DNA of 64,000 nucleotides from NCBI GenBank assembly GCA_965198115.1, contig OZ240241.1, positions 8,320,001 to 8,384,000 on the forward strand, in the 5' to 3' direction. Below the pieces are notes generated by a model, which was not told where the DNA came from, did not search any database, and saw only the letters and a list, made by a program, of their open reading frames with translations. Source of the DNA: Candidatus Latescibacterota bacterium (GTDB lineage Bacteria > Latescibacterota > UBA2968). Below are positions 39,171-49,412 of this stretch, in pieces; positions within the stretch are counted from its first letter, which is position 1, and each line of letters begins with the position of its first letter. The translations under genes were made by a program, and so were the position numbers.

Positions 39171-39974
39171 ATGGACCCTCGAGAGGCAATCGAAAAACTG
39201 GATCTCTTCGGCTACTGCATTCTCGAAGATCTCGTCTGCGTGGAGCAGACGATCCAGATGGAGCAGGCTATATACGAACAGCACGAGGATCCAGCGTACG
39301 ATGTATGGAAAAGCGTCGAACAGTGGAACGGGACTGAACACCTCTACGAGACGCTCTACGGTCTGCTGCTGAGGGAGGAGCGCTCCTGGGAAGCCGTGAG
39401 CCATCCCTTCGTGCTCGCGATCGTGCGCCACTTCGTCGGCGACGATGCGTTCATCGCGTATGATCTCGGAGGAACCAAGTGGAACAAACCGGGATCGAGT
39501 TCCGGCGGGAGCGTGCACGTGGACGACGGGCGTTTCTTTGTCCCGCCCCTGCCCGAAATGCCCTACATGATCAACACCATGTGGATGATCACCGATTTCA
39601 CCGTGGAAAACGGCGCGACCCGGATCGCCCCGTTCAGTCACAAGGCGCGCCAGAAGCCGCCCCCTTACGTCAAGTCGGCCGATCCCTTCATGATCCCGGC
39701 CACGGGCAGCCGCGGTTCGGTTCTGCTCTGGCACGGCAATACCTGGCACGCACAGGGGGGCAATACCACGGCAGATGCACAGCGAATGTCGATCAACCTC
39801 TCCTACCGACCTGCCTGGTGGAACCATCCCAAACGAGCCAGTCACGACAACCCAGGCGGCAAGCTGCACCCCGTTCCAATGCTCCCTCTCGAGCAATACG
39901 AACGCATGAATCCCGAGCTCCAGCGGCTCGTGCGCTACTACGTCGGCGAGGAGACGGACACTGCCGCTCCCTGA
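39171..39974 (+). CDS. PhyH-family dioxygenase #5
   Basis: FGYCILEDL, VHVDD, WMITDFTVENGAT, TWHAQGGN. Confidence 0.9.
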   Translation: MDPREAIEKLDLFGYCILEDLVCVEQTIQMEQAIYEQHEDPAYDVWKSVEQWNGTEHLYETLYGLLLREERSWEAVSHPFVLAIVRHFVGDDAFIAYDLGGTKWNKPGSSSGGSVHVDDGRFFVPPLPEMPYMINTMWMITDFTVENGATRIAPFSHKARQKPPPYVKSADPFMIPATGSRGSVLLWHGNTWHAQGGNTTADAQRMSINLSYRPAWWNHPKRASHDNPGGKLHPVPMLPLEQYERMNPELQRLVRYYVGEETDTAAP

Positions 39975-40077
39975 CCGGATAGAATTGTGCGAAGAGGGAA
40001 GGCTCCGCAGGTTCGTTGGTGCCGAAACGTTATATATGCCAGCCGATTGCCGATTTTAACAGCGGTGCGCGAGCAGA

Positions 40078-40812
40078 ATGGGAATCTTTACGCCCGATAG
40101 ATCTTATTTGATCTGCACTGTGCAAAGGACTGGGAGTCAGCTGTTTTGCACGCTGCTGCAAGACACCAGGGTCGCAGGATTGCCCCCTGCCCACGAGCTA
40201 TGCAGAGCCTGTTGGAAAGAAGAGTGGAGCTCGGAAGAGTTTTCAGCCAATCTCGATCGCGTCCTGAGGGGGGCGACGGACCGAACCGGGCTTTGCGGCG
40301 CAAGGATGTTTTGGAACGCGTGGGGACAGTTCTTGAAACGATCGAGGGCGGCTCGAGCCGAGAGGGAGGCAGACGATACCAAGGTCCTCGGCAGAGTCTT
40401 CCACGAATTGCAGTTCGTTTGGTTACGACGCGCAGACAAGCTGAGACAGGCGATCTCATTCTGGAGGGCGACGACAGGAGGGGACCAGTTTCGATATCCC
40501 GCAGATGGCACACCTGTGAACATACCTCCATTCGACTTTGATCGAATCAGCTTCTTTATTGAGCACGTGAGTAAACAGGAGGACGCCTGGGGAGATTGGT
40601 TTGGCCGTCACGGGATCGTCCCCAAGCAGGTCGTGTATGAGGATCTCCTGTCTGATCGAGGGCGAGTGATCCGGGACGTAGTGGAGTATTTAGGTGTGGA
40701 AGACGTTGAGAGTGCGCCGATTCCGGACCCGAGAGTTGTGCAACAAGCGGATGAACACACCGAACGATACATCGAGTTGTTCGAGGAGGAGCGCGACCGT
40801 CGCAACGTGTGA
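40078..40812 (+). CDS. Stf0-family sulfotransferase
   Basis: YLICTVQRTGSQL (5'-PSB loop), WLRRADKLRQAISFWRA (3'-PB), VVYEDL. Confidence 0.88.
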   Translation: MGIFTPDRSYLICTVQRTGSQLFCTLLQDTRVAGLPPAHELCRACWKEEWSSEEFSANLDRVLRGATDRTGLCGARMFWNAWGQFLKRSRAARAEREADDTKVLGRVFHELQFVWLRRADKLRQAISFWRATTGGDQFRYPADGTPVNIPPFDFDRISFFIEHVSKQEDAWGDWFGRHGIVPKQVVYEDLLSDRGRVIRDVVEYLGVEDVESAPIPDPRVVQQADEHTERYIELFEEERDRRNV

Positions 40813-40906
40813 GCAACGAATCGGCTGACATTGCCTGTAAACCGTGCGCGACCGCAACGTCACAGGATGGAATGTTTCCGAACTCCGCTAAGAGAGGAGA
40901 CCAATC

Positions 40907-42220
40907 TTGCCCCATTCTCAGAACCACGATGCCATCATCATCGGCGCCGGCATTATCGGATGTGCCACTGCCTTTGAGCTGGCCAAACGCGGATACAAAA
41001 CGCTCAATCTGGACAAGCTTCCGACCGCCGGCTACGGCTCGACCAGTAATTCCTGCGCAATCGTCCGATTCCACTATTCCACCTTGGATGGGGTGGCCAT
41101 GGCGTACGAAAACAAGGACTACTGGCTCAACTGGCCCGAATACCTCGAGGCTGCCGATGAGCGGGGCTGCGCGCAGTTCGTTCAGTGCGGTTCGATCCTC
41201 TACAAGGCAGACGAGTCGGACTTGAGTAAGCACGTAGCGCTCTTCGATGAGCTGCAGATTCCGTACGAGTGGTGGGATGTGGAGACTCTGAAGGGGAAGT
41301 TTCCCATTGGCAGCCCAGCCTACCTTCCAGCGATGACGCTTGACGACGAGCGTTTTTGGAAGACCGAACCCAGCCGCAACCTGCTCGGGGCCTACTTCAC
41401 CCCCGAAAGCGGCTACATTACCGACCCACAGCTTGCGACGCACAATCTGATGGTGGCGACACGGGCCAAGGGCGGGGTGTTCTCGTTCGACACGGCCGTC
41501 AGCGAGATTCGACAGTCGGGCGGGCGCGTCGCCGGCGTCACGCTGGACAACGGAGAAAGAATCGACGCACCCATCGTGGTCAACGCCGCCGGTCCGCACT
41601 CTTTCGTCATCAACCGAATGGCCGGGGTCGAGGCAGACATGAATATCAAGACCCGGGCGCTGCGCAACGAGGTGCATCACGTGCCGTCTCCCGCGGGATT
41701 CGATTTCGAAGAACGCGGACACCAGGTGTCCGACCATACCAACGGGATCTACTTTCGCCCGGAAACCGGCAACAGCATTCTGGTAGGGAGTGAAGATCCT
41801 GAATGCGATGTGCGCGAATGGATCGAGGATCCGGACGACTACAATCAGAGCCTGACGATGAATCTGTGGAAGCTTCAGGTCTATCGCCTGGCCAAGCGGA
41901 TTCCCGAATTACCCATTCCGGCGAACCCGTCCGGGGTGGTCGACCTCTACGACGTCACCGACGATTGGATTCCGATTTACGACAGGTCGGAACTGCCTGG
42001 ATTCTACATGGCAATCGGAACGAGCGGAAACCAGTTCAAGAACGCGGGGGGCGTCGGACACCTGATGGCGGAGCTGATCGATGGCTGCGAGAAAGGGCAA
42101 GATCACGACCGGGACCCGGTGCAGGTTACCATGCCATACTCGGGGTGCGTCCTGAACAGTGGGTTCTATTCCAGAAACCGGGAAATCAACAAGGACAGTA
42201 GTTTTTCAGTGTTGGGATGA
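40907..42220 (+). CDS. FAD-dependent oxidoreductase (sarcosine oxidase beta-like)
   Basis: IIGAGIIG, GSTSNSCA, VVNAAGP, YDVTDDWIPIYD, GTSGNQFKNA. Confidence 0.9.
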   Translation: MPHSQNHDAIIIGAGIIGCATAFELAKRGYKTLNLDKLPTAGYGSTSNSCAIVRFHYSTLDGVAMAYENKDYWLNWPEYLEAADERGCAQFVQCGSILYKADESDLSKHVALFDELQIPYEWWDVETLKGKFPIGSPAYLPAMTLDDERFWKTEPSRNLLGAYFTPESGYITDPQLATHNLMVATRAKGGVFSFDTAVSEIRQSGGRVAGVTLDNGERIDAPIVVNAAGPHSFVINRMAGVEADMNIKTRALRNEVHHVPSPAGFDFEERGHQVSDHTNGIYFRPETGNSILVGSEDPECDVREWIEDPDDYNQSLTMNLWKLQVYRLAKRIPELPIPANPSGVVDLYDVTDDWIPIYDRSELPGFYMAIGTSGNQFKNAGGVGHLMAELIDGCEKGQDHDRDPVQVTMPYSGCVLNSGFYSRNREINKDSSFSVLG

Positions 42221-42356
42221 CGCATCTGAATCCTTCAGTCGACACGCCACACTCGACGTTATACGTCGCTTCGAGCGAGGCCGACCCCAAAATGCCGGAG
42301 CGTCGGCTGCGACTCAGAGCCTTCTCGATGTCGTGAATGAGGAGTAAGGAGCACGC

Positions 42357-43157
42357 ATGCAAGAGACCATCTCGGATACACAGTGGCAGACGTTTCAAGA
42401 CCTGGGGTCTGTGAGACTGGGTCGTGTGGTGACAGATGAAGAACTGGAAGAGCTGCGGCGGCGAATCGACGAAATCATGCTGGGCACGGCGCCCGTGCCC
42501 TACGACCGCATCATGATGCAGCTGGATACCCGAACCGGACGCCACGAAGACATGGATCCGCAGACCAAGGGCCACAAGGGTGCGACGCTTGCCTACCGGA
42601 AAATGCAGGGACTCGAATTCGATCCTCTCTTCCTGGCCTACACGCAGAAACCTCTCTTCCACCATATCTGTCAGCGAGCTTACGGCAAAGGCACGCCGAT
42701 CACCACGTTTCGGGCGATGTTCATGAACAAACCCGCTCTGCAGGGAACGGTCCTGCCCTGGCACCGGGACTACTTCGGCCAGATGGATCGTCCCCCCGAG
42801 ATCACGATCTGGTTGGCTCTGGACAACGCGACCAGCGCGAACGGCTGCATCCAAGTCCTGGCCGGCAGCCACCATCTCTACTCGGATGACAACGCCACGC
42901 TTCTCCTGGACGAAGAGCAAACCCAGGAGGTGCTTGGCGAACACACGCCGGAAGCGCTTGAGTGTTCGGCCGGCCACGCCATCCTTCTGCACAACAGGTT
43001 GCTGCACACTTCTGACGTCAATCCAACGAACGAGCCCCGTCGGGCGTTCAGCGTGTGTTACATGGACGGCCGGGCAAGAGACAGCAAAGGCACGAAGTTC
43101 TCGACGATCTTCGGTCAGGGAGCCCTGGATCCGAAGACGGTGCTTGAAGAGGCTTGA
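42357..43157 (+). CDS. PhyH-family dioxygenase #6
   Basis: MFMNKP, PWHRDY, IWLALDNATSANGC, LLHTSDVN, RRAFSVCY. Confidence 0.92.
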   Translation: MQETISDTQWQTFQDLGSVRLGRVVTDEELEELRRRIDEIMLGTAPVPYDRIMMQLDTRTGRHEDMDPQTKGHKGATLAYRKMQGLEFDPLFLAYTQKPLFHHICQRAYGKGTPITTFRAMFMNKPALQGTVLPWHRDYFGQMDRPPEITIWLALDNATSANGCIQVLAGSHHLYSDDNATLLLDEEQTQEVLGEHTPEALECSAGHAILLHNRLLHTSDVNPTNEPRRAFSVCYMDGRARDSKGTKFSTIFGQGALDPKTVLEEA

Positions 43158-43392
43158 CTGGCTCATCCGTTGTCCAGAGTGGCCTGGCGTTCGTGAGTCG
43201 AGGACAATCATCTAACAGACAGGAACATCGAATATGTCTACGATTATGATCCGTGGAGCAAAAAGAGCCGTCCAAGAGGTCCGACCATAACCCGCAACGT
43301 GCCGCCCGGGCGTTGCTCAACCTTGTGGGATCTGAACGGCGAAGCGAGCTGACAGGCAAAACGAGCATAGCTCTTCTGGAGATGAGACGCCC

Positions 43393-44829
43393 ATGGAGGA
43401 CGGCAGGGATACTGCAGGAGCACGTAACGTATATCACGAACTGCACCGTCCTCAGTTTCACTTCACGTCAACAAAGGACTGGCTCAGCGATCCCAACGGC
43501 CTGGTTTGCTACAGGGGTGAGTATCATCTGTTCTTCCAACACTGCCCCGGATTCATCAACCACGCGCCCAATACGTGGGGCCACGCGATCAGCACCGATC
43601 TGGTTCACTGGAAACAGATCGACAATGCCATAGAACCCGATGAATACGGATACATCTGGTCCGGTTCTGCCGTGGTGGATTGGAAGAACACGTCCGGTCT
43701 GCAACAAGGCGACGAGGCCGTGATCGTGGCTTTCTATACCACTGGAGGCTTTGGGGACCCGCCGAACCCTTGCGTCCAGGCCATGGCCTACAGCAACGAC
43801 TCCGGCCGAACCTTCACCAAGTATCCAGAGCCCGTGCTCGGTCATATCCGTGCCCGCAATCGTGACCCGAAAGTCACCTGGCACGAACCCACCGGGCGAT
43901 GGATTATGGCACTTTTCCTCGAAGGCGACGACTTTTCACTCTTCGGCTCTAAAGATCTGAAGCGTTGGGACCGGCTCTGTGACGTGGAGGTAGGGGGGAC
44001 CGGAGAATGCCCGGATCTTTACGAGCTGCCCGTCGACCAAGATCCGGCAAACACGCGTTGGGTCTTGTGGGGAGCAGCGGGAACTTACCGGATCGGCACC
44101 TTTGACGGCGAGACGTTCACGCCCCAAACCGATACCATCCGGTCGGAACTCGGCCCCAACGGATATGCCGCTCAGACGTGGAGCGACTTACCTGACGACG
44201 ATGATCGGCGTATTCAGATCTCGTGGATGTGGAAGGGGCTGTATCCTGGCATGCCATTCAACCAGCAGATGTCCTTCCCTGTGCAACTTTCTCTACGCAC
44301 CACACCTGAGGGTATCCGTCTATTTCGCGAACCCATTCGGGAACTCGATCTTCTGCACACACGTGAACACAAGTGGAATGATCACACTCTCACCTCAGGT
44401 GACGATCGTCTTGCAGTGTTCTATCGATACGGACCTACCTGGCAGGACAAACTCCCGCACGCTGTTGCGAACATCGTCGTCGACACCGAGTGGGACCTCT
44501 TCGAGATCCGAGCAGAAATCGAGTTCGAAGGCGCCACAACGTTCGGAGCAATCATCCACGGTAACCACCTATGCTACGAGGTGGCCGGGCGAAAGTTCAC
44601 CTTTCTCGAGCACGAAATCTCGGCTGAACCCGACGACGACGGACGACTGCGTTTTCAGCTGCTCGTGGACAGGACATCTCTCGAACTTTTCGTAGGCGGT
44701 GGCAGAGTATCTGCCTCGTTTTGTTTCCTGCCCGCACCGCACGACGCGCCACTCGAGTTTTATGCGCAAGAGGGTAGCGTGCGCATCGTAACGTTGACGG
44801 TCCACGAACTGGCGTCGATCTGGAGTTAG
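43393..44829 (+). CDS. Glycoside hydrolase family 32 (levanase/beta-fructofuranosidase-like)
   Basis: WLSDPNG, WGHAISTDLVHW, WSGSA, RDPKV, ECPDL, VDRTSLELF. Confidence 0.93.
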   Translation: MEDGRDTAGARNVYHELHRPQFHFTSTKDWLSDPNGLVCYRGEYHLFFQHCPGFINHAPNTWGHAISTDLVHWKQIDNAIEPDEYGYIWSGSAVVDWKNTSGLQQGDEAVIVAFYTTGGFGDPPNPCVQAMAYSNDSGRTFTKYPEPVLGHIRARNRDPKVTWHEPTGRWIMALFLEGDDFSLFGSKDLKRWDRLCDVEVGGTGECPDLYELPVDQDPANTRWVLWGAAGTYRIGTFDGETFTPQTDTIRSELGPNGYAAQTWSDLPDDDDRRIQISWMWKGLYPGMPFNQQMSFPVQLSLRTTPEGIRLFREPIRELDLLHTREHKWNDHTLTSGDDRLAVFYRYGPTWQDKLPHAVANIVVDTEWDLFEIRAEIEFEGATTFGAIIHGNHLCYEVAGRKFTFLEHEISAEPDDDGRLRFQLLVDRTSLELFVGGGRVSASFCFLPAPHDAPLEFYAQEGSVRIVTLTVHELASIWS

Positions 44830-44833
44830 TCCA

Positions 44834-46156
44834 ATGGGATTGACTGGGCTCAACATCACACGGAACTCCGCCCGACTGATCGCGCCCGCCGCAGACGCCG
44901 ATGGAAGAACCTATCGCTATGGAGTCGGGGCGCCGTTCCAGGTTGCGTCGGGACTTGCGGCCCTGACCATTTCTATTCGCAACGAGGGATATCCGGTCGG
45001 CGATTTCGAGAACGGCAGCGATCTGATCCTGTTCGACAACCTGGAAACCATATCGACGGACAACGCCATCGTGCTCTGCCGGAATGATAAGTACGTGCGG
45101 GAGGACGGTGAAAAGCGGATCGGCATCAAGTACCCGATTCGGGGTGCCTTCATTCCGTTCGGTGCCCTGAAGGAAGACGGGTCACCTCACCCCCACGCCG
45201 GAACCGGTTTCGGTCTCAGCGAAGTTCTCGACTTCCCCATGTTGGGGGACGGCTACTACGACAAAGCGCACAAGAAATCTTCTATGCTACGCCACACCCA
45301 GATCGATCAGTTCGCTTACGATGGCCAATCCTTTCGCGTGGACCAAACTGATATCTATCCCCCTGATGGAGCACTCTACGCACCGGGTTCAGAGTGGGCA
45401 ATTACCGGTGGGCCGAGCCTGACCGAAGGGGTACCGGATGGTGATGACTTGCTGTTCCCGGTCATGACCATGGCTGACCCTGACGCCTGGGTGTGCAAGC
45501 GGATGTCGAGCGGGGTGACGCGGTGGAGCCGGTCTGGCGGGACCTGGCAGGTCGTGTCCTATTCGCCTGTCACGGTCGACGAGAACGTCCAGGAGGGGCG
45601 GGGCTCGGAGCATGTACCTGATGGGCAACTCTGGATGGAACCATCACTGGTCAGGGATTCGGATGGATCGCTGTTGTTCACTGCCCGCGGGGCCTACGGC
45701 GAAGTTGACAACCTGCTCAAGGTATGGCGGTCACGGGATGGAGCCGAGACCTGGGAAGAGATCATCGTGATTCCCAATGGGAAAGCGCAGTCCACCATCT
45801 GTTTGGGTCGCCTGGCGGATGGGCGTCCCTACATTGTCGCCAACGAGTACGGTCGGGAGCGGGACAAACTCTGCGTATGGCCTTTAAACGACGCCCGCGA
45901 CGGGCTGATGGATCCTGTGACCGCCCGGGATGCGCTGGAAGAATTCGGTCCTCCGCCGAGCGGCATCGTGTGGTTCATGGATCATCCGGCCAGCAGCACC
46001 GTGCAGTTCGGCGATGGAACGTGGCACCACCTGCTTTCGTACCGCATCATGGATAGGGGTGAGCACGCGGGAGAAGACCCGCCGCCGCAAAGCGGACAAT
46101 ACGTTGAAGAAGTGACGAATGGGGCAACGCCAAAGCCCGTGTGGCGTTTCGAATAA
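44834..46156 (+). CDS. Hypothetical protein with Asp-box (BNR) motif, sialidase-like propeller
   Basis: 440 aa; WMEPSLV and WRSRDGAETW; starts 4 nt after the GH32 stop. Confidence 0.7.
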   Translation: MGLTGLNITRNSARLIAPAADADGRTYRYGVGAPFQVASGLAALTISIRNEGYPVGDFENGSDLILFDNLETISTDNAIVLCRNDKYVREDGEKRIGIKYPIRGAFIPFGALKEDGSPHPHAGTGFGLSEVLDFPMLGDGYYDKAHKKSSMLRHTQIDQFAYDGQSFRVDQTDIYPPDGALYAPGSEWAITGGPSLTEGVPDGDDLLFPVMTMADPDAWVCKRMSSGVTRWSRSGGTWQVVSYSPVTVDENVQEGRGSEHVPDGQLWMEPSLVRDSDGSLLFTARGAYGEVDNLLKVWRSRDGAETWEEIIVIPNGKAQSTICLGRLADGRPYIVANEYGRERDKLCVWPLNDARDGLMDPVTARDALEEFGPPPSGIVWFMDHPASSTVQFGDGTWHHLLSYRIMDRGEHAGEDPPPQSGQYVEEVTNGATPKPVWRFE

Positions 46157-46229
46157 TTCGGATGAAGTTGCGGTGTGCCGTGCTAGCCTCCGCCGGCACT
46201 TGGCGTTGGATTCCGTTGGAATCACCTGA

Positions 46230-47411
46230 CTACCCCTTCTCCTTCAAACGGCAGCAGCGCACGTAGGTGACGTACTCTTCGGTCACGTAGAAGGCCACGA
46301 CAATCGTGCCGTCCGAAAGCTGAGTGACTGACGGCGTGCCGAAGGTGAAATGGTGGTAGGAGTCGAGGACGTTCTCCACCAGATCGCGTCGCTTCGTCAG
46401 AATGGGCGCATTGCGCACGCGCGCCGGTTCGACACCCCAAAGCTCGACGCAATTCCCCTCATCGAAGCTTACGCCGCCGTCTTCTGAGAGGGCGGCGCGC
46501 ACGCCCAACGGCTCACGACGGTGGTTGGTCACAGCGATGACCCGACCGCTCTGAAGCCCGTGCACGTCGGTCACCTGCCCCCAGAATCCAGCGTCGCCGG
46601 GTTCGCTCCAGGTGTCCCCGCCGTCGGTAGATCGAGCGGTGTGGACGTTCACGCCGACATCCTCATTCATGTCGTGGGTCCAGTAGGCGGCCACCAGCGT
46701 ATCGTCAGGCAGCCGCGTCAGTCGCAGGTCGAAGAAGTAGAGCCCGTCATCACCCGGCCCTTGAATGCGGCGCCAGGGCTCCCAGGTGTGGCCGCCATCG
46801 ACCGACTTCGTCATCGTGGCCGCCCAATCCGGTTTTTCATCGTCGGGATTCCCTCCCCACTCCCCGGCGGCGATCATCGTGCCGTCTGTCAGCGTCACGA
46901 GGTTGCCACCCGGCCCCAGGTGATCGAAAGGGGTGCTGTCGATCCGCTCGAGCGCAGACCAACTGCTGCCGCCATCACGCGAGCGCCCCACCATCTGCCC
47001 TTCACTTTCGCTCCCGGGATAGCGCGCGCAGGCGAGGGTCTCGCCGTCAGCGGTGATCCCGAATCCCCCCGGGAGGCGCATCCCTTCTGCGACATTCTGC
47101 GGCTCCGGCAAATCGCCTGCCCGCTCCCAGGACACACCTCCGTCGGTCGATCGGTGGATGACAACCACCCCGTCGTTGCTCTCGCGCGCAGTACCGTGCC
47201 GGCACATGCACAGCAGCGTGTCGTTCGGGAGCGCTTGAATCGCCGGAAACGCCACGTATTCGCTGGCCAAATTGGGATGGAGATTGCGATAGATGGGGCT
47301 GTGCCCCAGAACTTCGAGCGTCGCCACGTTCACACTCCAGTCGTCAGGTAACCTTGCACGTACGCGTTCAAAGAAAAGGCGTTCCGGGTAGGGTCCGTTC
47401 CGGAACGCCAT
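46230..47411 (-). CDS. BNR/Asp-box sialidase-like protein
   Basis: Five Asp boxes (STDGGVSW, SRDGGSSW, SVDGGHTW, STDGGDTW, SEDGGVSF), AFP and FGTP motifs. Confidence 0.88.
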   Translation of the reverse strand: MAFRNGPYPERLFFERVRARLPDDWSVNVATLEVLGHSPIYRNLHPNLASEYVAFPAIQALPNDTLLCMCRHGTARESNDGVVVIHRSTDGGVSWERAGDLPEPQNVAEGMRLPGGFGITADGETLACARYPGSESEGQMVGRSRDGGSSWSALERIDSTPFDHLGPGGNLVTLTDGTMIAAGEWGGNPDDEKPDWAATMTKSVDGGHTWEPWRRIQGPGDDGLYFFDLRLTRLPDDTLVAAYWTHDMNEDVGVNVHTARSTDGGDTWSEPGDAGFWGQVTDVHGLQSGRVIAVTNHRREPLGVRAALSEDGGVSFDEGNCVELWGVEPARVRNAPILTKRRDLVENVLDSYHHFTFGTPSVTQLSDGTIVVAFYVTEEYVTYVRCCRLKEKG

Positions 47412-47439
47412 CGGGTTCAGTGCGGGAAGTCACGCCTGT

Positions 47440-48138
47440 CTACTTGCCCGCCTTCACACTGTCGGCAAGGGCATTGGCTCGATCCGTTGAGAACGGAAAG
47501 TAATCGAGCACATCATACTCCCACACGTTGGTCGGAAAGATGACGACCAGTTCGGCCACTTCTTCATCCAGATTCTGGAAGGAATGAGGTACCATGGGAG
47601 GAATATTGACCATGTACGGCCCTTCGATGACGAAGATCTCGTCACCCAGCGCGTAGAGGATCTTCTGACCCTCTTTGACGAGAACGTGGGCTTCCTCCCC
47701 AATGTGCGTGTGCATCGGGGGTGCGCCTCCATGAGCCGTATACGTGATCCCGATCGTCAGGTTGCGGTATCCGTGGCGCTGCCCCTCCATCACGTGGACG
47801 TACTCACCGGGCCCGGGGTTGATGACGGCCAGGTCTTTCTTGGCGAGGGCGAAATCCTCGATGGAATCCATCGCCGGCTTCTCGAAGCGGCCCGGAATCC
47901 TGCGTGTTTCTATCACACCGTGCGGGTGATGCTGCCTGTGGAGCGCCATCCTCGCTTCGTCGATGTTCGAGATCGACTCACCGTGCTCGATCCGGTGCCC
48001 GGGCTCCGCATCTTTTTCTGAATACGTGACGGTCGGCTCCGGGGGCAGGTGTTTTTCGTGTGAGATAGATTCCGATGTGAACCATGTCGTCAGCCCGACA
48101 AATACGGCGAATGTGCGCATGATGGCTCGAGAAGACAA
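47440..48138 (-). CDS. Cupin-domain protein with probable signal peptide
   Basis: PPMHTHIGEEAH and IPPMVPHSFQN cupin motifs; hydrophobic N-terminus; SD AGGAGG. Confidence 0.8.
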   Translation of the reverse strand: MSSRAIMRTFAVFVGLTTWFTSESISHEKHLPPEPTVTYSEKDAEPGHRIEHGESISNIDEARMALHRQHHPHGVIETRRIPGRFEKPAMDSIEDFALAKKDLAVINPGPGEYVHVMEGQRHGYRNLTIGITYTAHGGAPPMHTHIGEEAHVLVKEGQKILYALGDEIFVIEGPYMVNIPPMVPHSFQNLDEEVAELVVIFPTNVWEYDVLDYFPFSTDRANALADSVKAGK

Positions 48139-48388
48139 GCTACCTCCTTTTGTCGTGGGTTAACGGCGTGACTTCTGTCTATCGCAGTTCGCGGATCGAA
48201 AATAGCGACTGGTGTCACTCAAGCAAGTGGTTTAACTGCCAACGCATCCCTCTCGGAATTCATCGAGAAGATCGTACGGGGCGACCTCTTTGACGACGGG
48301 ATCTACGGCATCCGCGGTGATTTAATCCCATTCAGCTCGAAAAGACCTGCCGATTTGGTTGAGCTCGGTACTAATTAGGAGGAAATCC

Positions 48389-49270
48389 ATGGATGAAACC
48401 ACAGTCCCCGAAATCGATCCTGACGAAATCATCGATTTCATGAACATTGACCGGACAGATTTCGAATCATTCACTCAGGCGCAGCAAATCCGTCATTTCG
48501 AGCTGGAAGGCTATGTTGTGCTACCTGACGTGCTGGACGTCGACCACATTGCGCGGCTCAAAGCAGAACTTGCCGATGTGCCCACGGAACCCAGGCCCTA
48601 TAGCGAGTACCAGACGAGTGCGATCACGCAGCCCCAATGGATGAGTCCTGCGGTGGCTGAGCTAATTGGACATCCTCCCACGATCGAATTTCTCACGGTG
48701 CTGATGGGACCAGATATCGTATTCACGCGAGGCGTCTTTCAGCGCACACATCCTGGCTCGCCCGGAATCTCGATGCACACCGACGGCCAGCCCTTCGGGT
48801 CGTCAATTTTTGACTATGAGGGCAGCTCGCCTCGATTGTTGCGGGTCCTTTATTACCTGGACGACCTCATCCCGAAGCGAGCGCCGTTTCGACTCATCCC
48901 GCGGAGCCACCTTTCATTCCACGCGCAGGCTAACCCGTACGTGCGCTACAAGTCCCATCCCGAAGAGATTACCCTGTGCCTGAAGGCCGGGTCGGCGGTG
49001 ATCATCCCGAGCACGCTTTTTCACGCCACCCACCCGAACACGGACGGCTCACCGAGAGAACTCATTCAGCTTGGTTACCGACCCGCTTGGGCGGGCCCCA
49101 TCCAGCCGATGGAGGAGTGGGACTCTGAATTGATCGACGACGCGCCCGAGCAGGCCAAGCCATTCCTGCAGAGTCTCAACACGACCGGTGGCGTCTGGGG
49201 ACTGGAACATAAGCCAAAGGGGATGAAGACCGAAGCACACGGGATCAATCCGAGTCGATGGGACACTTGA
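48389..49270 (+). CDS. PhyH-family dioxygenase #7
   Basis: SD AGGAGG; EGYVVLPDVL, MHTDG, YYLDDL, IPRSH, LFHATHPN. Confidence 0.9.
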   Translation: MDETTVPEIDPDEIIDFMNIDRTDFESFTQAQQIRHFELEGYVVLPDVLDVDHIARLKAELADVPTEPRPYSEYQTSAITQPQWMSPAVAELIGHPPTIEFLTVLMGPDIVFTRGVFQRTHPGSPGISMHTDGQPFGSSIFDYEGSSPRLLRVLYYLDDLIPKRAPFRLIPRSHLSFHAQANPYVRYKSHPEEITLCLKAGSAVIIPSTLFHATHPNTDGSPRELIQLGYRPAWAGPIQPMEEWDSELIDDAPEQAKPFLQSLNTTGGVWGLEHKPKGMKTEAHGINPSRWDT

Positions 49271-49412
49271 GCGAGGGTGATTTCTTTGGCCCATCCCCAA
49301 ACTGCCACCGTAGGTTATTCCGAGTGTCAGACTCTGCTTTGCTCCAGAGAAACCTGCTGCGCAGGTTCGGGCACTCTTGTGGCATGCCTCAACCTCCAAT
49401 GACCAATAGACA

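Noticed and set aside
48240-48330. Short frame LSEFIEKIVRGDLFDDGIYGIRGDL* and a similar one at 43253-43360
   Set aside because: May be more gene stubs, but too short to assign by eye
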